DNA of 28,706 nucleotides from Octopus sinensis (taxonomy: Eukaryota): contig NW_021833503.1 in assembly GCF_006345805.1 (NCBI RefSeq), positions 1-28,706 on the forward strand, given 5' to 3'. Of this stretch, positions 12,330 through 21,180 are shown piece after piece. Position 1 is the first letter of the stretch. Each line of letters opens with the position of its first letter. Below the pieces are notes generated by a model. The model was given only the letters and a program-made list of their open reading frames with translations, ran no database searches and was not told the origin of the DNA. Position numbers and translations under genes: made by a program.

Positions 12330-13624
12330 TGGATTTGACTTTTGGGCAAACAGTTATGCTGCATGGTAAATTTTTTGCATTATCTTATATTCTTGGCGTA
12401 TATTATAGTCGTATGCTTGTGTGCTGAGGTAGTTCATCATGGGGATATATTTCTTCTGTGTTTGGATTTTGTGTGCTATGTGTATTCAAATTTGGCGTTC
12501 AGGAAAAGGGATATCTGGTTGGATTAGCGGAGCAGGTGGTGGTTCCTCTTTGAAGTGTTTAAATGTGAAATATTGCTTGTGTATACAGGGAAAGATTTCA
12601 TCCCTAATGTCTAGGGTATTATTTGTCGACTGTATGATATTTAGTTTTACAGTGATACGGAGTTCATATAAGGTACCCCGTCCTCTGTATTTTCTAGCTT
12701 TAGCAATGATGTTTCATTTTATCTGGAGATTACTTAGTCCACCTTCTTTCAATGTCCATATCATATTGGATAGGTACGTTGCGTGTATTTTTTTAAATTT
12801 TCGTCTCTGAATGAAGCTAGGTGTTGTGTGTACTCTTCCTTGAATGAGCTGCCCGTCATTCCGATATACGTCTTGGATACTATTTGACTTTGTATACAAG
12901 TTCTTTTTCGAGACAGTTGTTGCTTAGAAGGCAGCAGTTTGGCAATCTGAAGTTGCATTGTCTTTCGGGGGTGTTTCTGGTTTGTTTATTTTTATTGCGG
13001 TTGAGTATTATTGACCCAATATTGGGGAGGCACCTATAGCTATCTTTAACAGTGTTTCTGTTGAAGATCTTGTGGTATTTTTGTGAACATGCGAAGCAGT
13101 TGTCTCTTAATTTTAAGAATTTTCTAGCTATTTTAGTGGCTACATTTATGCTATAAGTTGGGTTAATCCAGGAGATTTTCCTATGTTTGCGTAATTTTGG
13201 TCTATCTGTATTTGATTCGGTGTAGATTATGCTAATCTTGGAGTTGGGCCTTTTAAATGCAGCCTTATATTATGGGACAGCTTTTTCAAAGGTGTCTTTA
13301 TCGGCGGATAAATTGGAGACGCACCTGCTAATGTTGTTATCTATTTGTTTAATTGCTACTAGGTGGTTGGAACCTATGTCTGTGTACGATGCTTCCTCAT
13401 TTGGTTTATGGTAGGGTTTAAATTTGTCTGTGCTAAGGTTCGTGTTGATATCTAGGTAGTTGACTTCTTTAAGGTCGGTGCTAATTTTGCATAATTTTTC
13501 CTTAGTCTATCCATATCACGTCTGTTTTGATTGCGTGATATTCCCGGGTCATCGTCCCTATAAGCCTATTGTTAGCTTCTTTATTTCTTTTCTAAGAATA
13601 TCCAGGTTATATATGTAAAACACA
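12330..13624 (-). mobile_element. Penelope-like retroelement remnant: RT C-terminal half, GIY-YIG endonuclease and 3' UTR; 5'-truncated and frameshifted
   Basis: Minus-strand translation: IGL(Y)RDD with a 1-nt deletion at ~13555-13570, VNYLDINTNLSTDKFKPYHKPN, SNH, KISWINPTYSINVATKIARKFL, YHKIFNRNTVK, CN..CL.KELVYK, KTYIGMTGSSFKEEYTQHLASFR, LSNMIWTLKE, KWNIIAKAR. This is the typical Penelope RT-linker-GIY-YIG order. Confidence 0.88.
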
Positions 13625-13959
13625 TTTTTGTTCTTTTATTTGATTCAGTCATTTGACTGCGGCCATGATGGAGTGCCACCTTTTTTATTCGCAGAATTCA
13701 ACCGCAGGATTTATTCTTGTAAGCCTACTACTTATTTTAGCGGTTCGTTTACCACACCGCTAAGTTATGGAGATGTAAACATACGTATGTATACACACGC
13801 GCGCGCGCACATGCACACACACATATATACGACGGGTTTCTTTCAGTTCCTGTCAACCAAATTCACTCACAAGGCTTTGGTCGGCCGAGGTTAAAGTAGA
13901 AGAAATTAGTCAAGGTGCCACGCAGTAGACTGAACCCGGAACCATGTGGATGGGAAGTA
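13625..13959 (-). mobile_element. tRNA-derived SINE with internal deletion and eroded head
   Basis: Reverse complement matches the plus-strand copy at 14561-14975 (CAGTCATTTGACTGCGGCCATG; CAAATTCACTCACAAGGCTTTGGTCGGCC; CAAGGTGCCACGCAGT). Confidence 0.9.
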
Positions 13960-14189
13960 AGGAGTGTCTTCAACATCCTAGACTTACAACGACCATCCCG
14001 TGTAAGTTCTGCCTACGACTCTTTCACCAACGACTTGGACTCCAAAGTCACTTTCGGCACAAACATCAACCGAGGAAACTGGATAGAAACTGATGAACCC
14101 AATGCTCGGATACGAGCTGGAGCCGATGTTATATATTTATATATACATATATATATAAATGTAAACAGGCATGCACACACACATACACA

Positions 14190-14227
<38 letters not shown>

Positions 14228-14228
<1 letters not shown>

Positions 14229-14426
14229 TCTTTTGTTCTTTTATTTGTATCAGTCATTTGACTGCGCCCATGCTTTAATCGGACAAATTGACTGAAGGAA
14301 TTATTCTTTGTAAGCCTAGTACTTATTCTTTCTTACTCTTTTGCCAAACTGCTAACTTACGGAGATGTAAACACACAAACATCGGTTGTCAAGCGATGGT
14401 GGGGGACAAACACAAGCACACAAACA
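14228..14426 (-). mobile_element. 3' half of the same SINE family
   Basis: CAGTCATTTGACTGCG..., TTATTCTTTGTAAGCCTAGTACTTAT and CATCGGTTGTCAAGCGATG are antisense to 14760-14960. Confidence 0.9.
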
Positions 14427-14483
14427 TATACATACATACGTACATACATATGCATATATGTATATATATGTATATACATATGC

Positions 14484-14548
<65 letters not shown>

Positions 14549-14560
14549 ATATATATATAT

Positions 14561-14975
14561 AGGCACAAGAGTGGCTGTGGGGTAAGTAGCTTACTTACCA
14601 ACCACACACTTCCGGGTCCAGTCCCACTGCGTGGCACCTTGGGCAAGTGTCTTCTGCTATATAGCCTCGGGCCGACCAAAGCCTTGTGAGTGGATTTGGT
14701 AGACGGAAACTGAAAGGAGCCCGTCGTATATATATATGTTATATATGTGTGTATGTGTGTTTGTGTCTGTGTTTGTCTCCCCAACATCGCTTGACAACCG
14801 ATGCTGGTGTGTTTACGTCCCCGTCACTTAGCGGTTCGGTAAAAGAGACCGATAGGATAAGTACTAGGCTTACAAAGAATAAGTCCTGGGGTCGAGTTGC
14901 TCGACTAAAAGGCGGTGCTCCAGCATGGTCGCAGTCAAATGACTGAAACAAGTAAAAGAGTAAAAGAGTAAAAGA
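14561..14975 (+). mobile_element. Essentially full-length tRNA-derived SINE with internal CA/TA microsatellite and (AGTAAAAG)3 tail
   Basis: tRNA-like head (GTGGCTGTGGGGTAAG ... CCGGGTCCAGTCCCA), conserved core CCTTGTGAGTGGATTTGGTAGACGGAAACTG and a tandem 8-mer tail; flanked by (TA)n. Confidence 0.9.
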
Positions 14976-14985
14976 TATATATATA

Positions 14986-15225
14986 CAGGGTGTTCAAAAC
15001 TTCTCTCCGAAGCGAATCTTTTTCATCCTGCGCATCAACATGGTGCGGCTTCAAGAGTCTTTTGGTGTGCGGATTATTTCGAACGGGCTTTGGCCACCAA
15101 CAGTATCTTATTTAACACCACGAAACTTTTTTTTCTGGGAGCAAGTAAAAGGTCCGTATACAAGAATACAGAATCGCTCGAAAACCATTAAATACTTACT
15201 GCGGAGAGACGTTTTGAACACGCTA
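14986..15225 (+). mobile_element. 240-bp Tc1/mariner-superfamily deletion derivative with TIRs and TA flanks
   Basis: Left TIR CAGGGTGTTCAAAACTTCTCTCCG (14986-15009) vs right 15202-15225 match 21/24, with TA on both sides. The interior encodes LWPPTVSYLTPRNFFFWEQVKG, similar to the WPPRSPDLTPxDFFLWG motif around the last catalytic residue. Confidence 0.8.
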
Positions 15226-15246
15226 TATATATATGTGTGTGTAGAC

Positions 15247-15468
15247 ATACATACATACGTACGTACATACATACATACATACATACATACATACATACAT
15301 ACATACATACATACATACATGCATACATACATACATACATACATACATACATACATACATACATACATACATGCATGCATGCATGCATACATACATACAT
15401 ACATACATACATACATACATACATACATACATACATACATACATACATACATAAATACATACATACAC
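15247..15468. repeat. (TACA)n tetranucleotide microsatellite with TGCA interruptions
   Basis: Directly visible; source of the MYVC/HTYI ORFs. Confidence 0.97.
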
Positions 15469-15471
15469 ATA

Positions 15472-15986
15472 AGCTCAAAATGAATTTCAAAGACTGTCTT
15501 AATACTGCTATGACAAGACGGGGAAATTTCAGTTGAACACAAGACCGAAAAGCATGGAGAGACAAAAGTGTAGTGGTTGCGTTCAAAGATTGAAAGAGAG
15601 AGAATGAAGCAGGCCAAGATCAACAGCAGGCTTAGAATGAATGAGCCAATAGAAAATGAAGAAGTGTTGGTTTTCACATGTGTTATTTGTTGGTGGAAAT
15701 ACTTGATTCATGCACGCCTGGTCAGCCATCAGAAAAGACACAGGAGTCGACCCTTTGTAAATTATGACATAGCCATTGCTCACAATAGAACATGTGCAGC
15801 CTGTGGAAATTTATACCGTGCAGTTGGAGGATTAAAAAGACACGTCAAAAACTTCATACTGTGGTACCAATTCCTTCTGCCAGCCTGTACAACTGTGCAT
15901 TATGCAATAAAATGCGCAAATCTTTGGCTGGGCCCAAGTGTCATATAAGGGACTCACATTACATCAACAGTGACTCAGTTCAATGA
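15472..15986 (+). mobile_element. Decayed 3' end of an RTE-clade LINE ORF with three C2H2-type zinc fingers
   Basis: KMNFKDCL...DRKAWR (RTE thumb-end motifs), then CVICWWKYLIHARLVSHQKRH, CAACGNLYRAVGGLKRHVKKLH (frameshift near 15850) and CALCNKMRKSLAGPKCHIRDSH; in-frame stops present. Confidence 0.7.
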
Positions 15987-16249
15987 TTCTTTCTAGAAAT
16001 GGCTTTGCTTGTATACGACAAAGCAGCCTCTCTCTCTTTCTCTCTCTTTATACACACACATAAACCACACACACACACATATAATATATATATATATATA
16101 ATATATATTATTATTTACATATATATATATATATATAATATATATAATATATATATATAATATATATATATATATTATATATATTTACATATATATTTTA
16201 TATATATATATATATTTACCTATATTATATATATTTTTTTCGATTCGAT

Positions 16250-16772
16250 TTAATATTATTAGCATTGTTGTTATACATACATACAAGCATATGTAATGAT
16301 AATAATAAGTGGATGTAAACACTGAACAAAATAAGAATAAACAATAAACAACAAAAACAAATACAAATTACATAACATATAAAATTACAAATTACATGAA
16401 CATATATAAACAGAAGAAACAAATATTACAGGCATCCCCCATATACACACACTAAATAAACATAGACGCACATAGAGATATAAGCATGCCCAAATGAAGA
16501 CATGCAATAGAAATACAAAATGGCTCACGGTTAGTAAGGAGAGACACAATAAGTGAGGAGAAAACAAGACCACTGATGCGGTCACAGGAGTGTGACGAAA
16601 AACTCTGGCCGAAATAAGATTAAGATTAATGTAAAAAATAAATAACACTGAAGCAAAATAACACCAAATATATAGTGCGTGTGTTTTTTATTGGCTAAAC
16701 TGGCAAAATGACCATTCCGAAATATAACATATCTGTTTCAACACACGACTTCACATAAAAAATCTTGCACAA
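16250..16772 (+). mobile_element. Probable Penelope-type pseudo-LTR fragment with a degenerate hammerhead motif at 16565-16612
   Basis: A/C-rich tract resembling the sense strand of the 12330-12540 Penelope UTR; CTGATGCG-GTCACA-GGAG-TGTGAC-GAAA. The downstream 166 bp is repeated at 23205-23368. Confidence 0.45.
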
Positions 16773-16950
16773 AAATATTTAAACGTGTATATATATATTA
16801 CGATATAGGTTAAAATATATATATGTATATATTACAGATACAGGGTAAAATATATATATAATATATATATAATATATATTACAGATATAGGATTATGTAT
16901 ATATATATATATTATATAATATATGGACTTGGGTCCATCACTATGATCCA

Positions 16951-17862
16951 GAGGGGCGTTCAATAAGTAATGCCTCTGATCCACTTGCAGTTGTTTGATC
17001 TAGTTTGATATTCGCCAAATATCCCATAAGGTCAAGATTAGTACCGGGTCTGTGGAAACTATCATTTATGAACATTTGCATATGCAAAAGGTGTTTGCCA
17101 GATGGATTCCCAGGTTGCTCACACCTTTCCAGAAGCAAGAACGCGTCGAGTGCTCGAGGGTGAATTTGGAGATGTGCCAAGAAGATGAGTAAAAATTTCT
17201 CAAAAGACTGATTACACAGAATGAGACTTGGGTCCATGACTATGATCCAGAGGCCAAAGCCCAGTCAATGCAGTGGAAGCACCGTGACTCACCTCTTTCA
17301 AAGAAGGCAAGGGTGCAGCCATCCGCTGGCAAGGTCATGCTCACAGTCTTCTGGGACCAGGACGGAGTAGTGATGACAGATTTCCCGGCAAAGGGTACCA
17401 CAATTACAGGAGCCTATTATGCTTCATTTTTGAGGAAATTAAGAGAAGCTATCAAAATCAAAGGCGGGACAAGATCAGCAAAGGCTCCTCCTCCTGCAGG
17501 ACAACGCTCCGGTCCACCACTCGCTTGTCGCCAGATCAGAAGCACAGGCGTGCGGCTATGAACTCCTCCCCCCCCCCCTACTCTCCTCAACTTGCACCCT
17601 CTGATTTTCACCTCTTCAGTCATGAAGTTGTTTTTGAAAGGAAAGCGTTTCCCGATGATGCAGCCTTGATTTCTGAAGTCACGTCGTGGTTGGAGGCCCA
17701 GCTGGGGTCTTTCCAAAACCGTCTCCAGAGCTGCATCAAACGATGGAGAAATGCGTAACTCTGGCTGGTTCCTATGTAGAAAAATACTAATAACTGTGCC
17801 AAGTTTCGTTGCTCTACTGCTATGGGAAGTGGGTCAGGGCATTACTTATTGAACGCCCCTCG
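16951..17862 (+). mobile_element. Mariner (DD34D-type) DNA transposon, internally deleted, frameshifted transposase (~17020-17790)
   Basis: TIR GAGGGGCGTTCAATAAGTAATGCC (16951-16974) is an exact reverse complement of 17838-17861, and the right end is followed by TA. Translation gives KVFARWIPRLLT, LITQNETWVHDYDPE, GKVMLTVFWD, LLQDNAPVH and PPYSPQLAPSDFHLF. Confidence 0.93.
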
Positions 17863-17898
<36 letters not shown>

Positions 17899-17912
17899 TA
17901 TATAATATATAT

Positions 17913-17946
<34 letters not shown>

Positions 17947-18054
17947 AGGTTAATCCAAACGGGAAAACAGAAAAACAACAACACGTGGAACAATAAAGTA
18001 TTACTATTAGGCGCTCAGGAAAAATGGAAGAAGGAATATATATATATAATATAT

Positions 18055-18567
18055 AATAATAAATCTCTGAGCGAGGTATAAACAGTAACTGCTCTATAAT
18101 ATAAGCGGGATCAGCCATCTAAATGTGGCTAGGGCAGGGCGGGGTGGTGGGGGTGTTACTGATGCATTTAGCCCCAGGCGATTATCGACGTCACCAGAAG
18201 AGCCGACAACCATCACGGTGTCCTTGCTAGCCTGCAAGGGAGATCAGCCTCACCGAGATACGGATTTTCTACGCCAGTGACTGTGGTTACTGTGAAAATC
18301 TATATATATCTGGCCTGTACAAGAAGTTCCTCAGCGAAGAACGGTGCTTGCCATGCGCTGACAAGAGGCAAAATACCTCGAAACCGGTCCGTGTGTAGCA
18401 TCCGTATCTTCGGTGAGGCTGATCTCCCTTTGCAGGCTAGCAAGGACACCGTGATGGTGTCGGCTCTTCTGGTGACGTCGATAGTCGCCTGGGGCTAAAT
18501 GCATCAGTAACACCCCCACCACCCGCCCTGTCCCTAGCCACATTCAGATGGCTGATCCCGCTTATAT

Positions 18568-18571
<4 letters not shown>
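18055..18571 (+). mobile_element. Foldback element E1: ~171-bp inverted repeats (18095-18265 / 18400-18571) around a hammerhead-containing spacer, embedded in (TA)n
   Basis: Arms differ by 2 substitutions and 5 single-base indels (~96%); spacer 134 nt. The terminal 38 nt (18055-18092) are shared with E2. Confidence 0.8.
18345..18400 (+). ncRNA. Type I minimal hammerhead ribozyme, probably inactivated (G8A)
   Basis: Stem I CATGCG/CGTGTG; core CUGACAA (18358-64; consensus CUGANGA); stem II GAGG/CCTC; GAAA (18380-83); palindromic stem III ACCGGT; GUC cleavage triplet 18387-89. Confidence 0.75.
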
Positions 18572-18614
<43 letters not shown>

Positions 18615-18836
18615 TACAGATATTGGGTAAAACATTAATGAATGTTTCACTCCTGTATAACATGGTGCAGTTTTTTTCTGCGGTACTATCTTGTGACGCA
18701 CATAGTAATCTTGGAGAAAAATTTGAATTCACTCGTCTATATAATTTGGATGTGCTGACTATCTTCTGTTGTTCCCCGATGTCGCTTCATCGGGATGCAA
18801 AGGGTAGGTTCCTAGCATTTTCAAATTTAGAAATTA

Positions 18837-18907
18837 TCGAATTATTGTGCTGATGACAGGAATGATTTTGTATAATTCTAACCCCGAACGCGTCCACAAT
18901 TAATCGA
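18837..18907 (+). ncRNA. Degenerate type I hammerhead ribozyme
   Basis: Stem I TCGAATTATTGTG/CACAATTAATCGA (11/13 pairs), CUGAUGA (18850-56), partial stem II GAATGAT/ATAATTC, GAA-C (one A missing), palindromic ACGCGT, GUC at 18892-94. Confidence 0.55.
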
Positions 18908-19068
18908 AGACTGTTTGATTTCGTTATTTTTCTTCTTTTTTCCTATGTGAGTTACAAGTATTGTTATCTGTGGAGTAATACCTGTAGTTAAAAGGAATAA
19001 GCTGTCTTTTGGCTGCTATTTCTAAATTTTCGGTATGTGGTGAAGCAACTTGTTGCTTAACCCTTACT

Positions 19069-19135
<67 letters not shown>

Positions 19136-19260
19136 GATATATATTATAATACCGGAGTAAGCACATAAATGCGAAACAAGGTGGAAAAGATATTACTCGC
19201 ATCCCAGAGGTAGAGTTATATGCTTTAATAATATATATATATGGTGTGTGTATATATATA

Positions 19261-19293
<33 letters not shown>

Positions 19294-19354
19294 AATACAT
19301 ATATATATATACATATACATTATACATACATACACACACTCACACACACATACA

Positions 19355-19490
19355 TACGACGGTCTTCTTTCTGTTTCCGTCTACCAGATCTATTGACAAG
19401 GCTCCAGTCAACCTGAACGTATAATAGAAGACATTTGCCCAACGTGCGATGTGAAAACTTACTACCACACAACCACGCCCGCACCTATTG
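19355..19490 (-). mobile_element. SINE 5' part with internal deletion, family of 14561-14975
   Basis: ACGACGGTCTTCTTTCTGTTTCCGTCTACCAGATC...TAGAAGACATTTGCCCAA...ACCACACAACCACGCCCGCACCTAT is antisense to the 14561 head and core. Confidence 0.75.
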
Positions 19491-20949
19491 CATATTAGAA
19501 AATTGCATGGTGGTTTGTAGGTGGCGGGTGGATGTACGTATAAACGTATTTTTATTGTTTTCTATGACACTAACAACAATACAAAACATATATATATACA
19601 CAAGCATATGAACGCGTGCAATGCTAAATAATTAACAAAATATGATGAATTTTAATGAACATTCCGGTTTCCTTACAGATGTCACTTATTATGGAAGAAG
19701 GTGTAGTGCCGTTAACATTCACAGACCTGGGAATAGCCAAACTGATGGTTTTAACGTTTTACTTGAAGAGTTGAAAAATGGCGGCTACAACAGAAACAAA
19801 CACGCATGCGCACTGACAGGCTCAGGCACACATTTTATAATATGAATACAGGTCTACATATACGAACTTACACACATATTCTCAGACACACATTTAACAA
19901 TATAAATAGATATACATACGTATAGTGACATTCACAGAGATATATACACACACACATATACACACAAGACACATCTTACAACATAATCTCTAGATACAAG
20001 TAGAGTAAAGAGCGTAGATGTACACACTCAGAAATTAAAGACGCCCGCATACGAACAGATAAAGAGACACAGATACAGAAATACGCACACACACACACAC
20101 ACACACACCACTCTCTACTCATATGCAAGGCTGCCTTTCCAGAGGTAACGATATAGTTGTTGGAGGGGGCGGCATCAGCGTGAATACAATATGGGGAATG
20201 AGAGAATGAGAACGAGTGAGTCGACGATGGGCTAGTGGAAAGGAGGTGGTACGTGATCAGTCAGTTTAGAGGAGCAGGGGCCATTATAACAACAGTACGT
20301 AGGTAGACAGAGGACGTCACATCTGTGGAGGTGATGTTGATGTGGGAGGGCAGCAATGAGCGATTTCTTGAAAATGATCTTTAGATGCCTAAAAGACCAC
20401 ATGTCCCCCCTCCCTTGTTTTGTATCACTGAATTATTTCCACGAAGAGGTGTGACTAATAGCTTCAAAGAAAAGCAACACTATATTAAATAACAAGAGGT
20501 TTATTTTTTTTCGCAGTACAGAGCTTAGGAAGAGAAAGGCATCGGTCATTTTGAGGTGTTTTGTATAATACTACTATGAGAATGAAGTTTTTTCACTTGT
20601 TCTTGTAAGTAGGTTTTGTGTGAGAACAAATATTTGTGTGCATGTGAGTGCAATGTAAGTGCATATACATTATATGCACCACTGCTTTTGCGTGTATAAG
20701 TGAATGTCTGCGAACGTGTGTGTATGTGTGTGTTCATGTGTATGAGAAAGTCTGTGTGTACGTATGTGTATGTGAGTTTGTACATATATACATTCGCATG
20801 TAAAATGCGTATAAGGAGTAGCAGCGGAATACAACTGCATTAGAGTTTTATTCTGTAAGATCAAGAGGTATTGTGTATCAATATGTGGACGAAATATGTG
20901 TATATTTCGCTACGTGGCGAAATAATTATCATTGGTCTCACCGATTGGA

Positions 20950-21180
20950 TAGCTAGCTGGTTGGTTGGTTGGTTGGCTGGCTGGCTGGCTGGATTCATTA
21001 TGAGATGGATGAAGAAATATGCTTGCGAATAAATGCATTAACTTGTGGATAGATAGATTGATAGATGAATGGATAAGTGGATAGACGGATGGATGTATAG
21101 AAGAGTATATGGATGGTTAAACTGATATACGTGTGCTGCATGAATAGAAGAACCTATGATTGGATAGATGGATAGATAGA
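20950..21180. repeat. Degenerate (TTGG)/(CTGG)/(GATA)/(GGAT) tetranucleotide repeats
   Basis: Directly visible. Confidence 0.75.

Noticed and set aside
14090-14125. CTGATGA followed by CCC...GG..GATAC
   Set aside because: No GAAA and no pairable stem I; the upstream 13970-14090 is unidentified.
19642-19845. Strong acceptor-like TTTCCTTACAG at ~19668-78 and a 67-aa ORF
   Set aside because: No convincing donor or homology; the opposite-strand exon reading has stops in all frames.
20240-20330. Cluster of TACGTG, GACGTCA and CATCTG motifs in unique sequence
   Set aside because: Short transcription-factor motifs arise by chance; there is no gene context to support a regulatory call.
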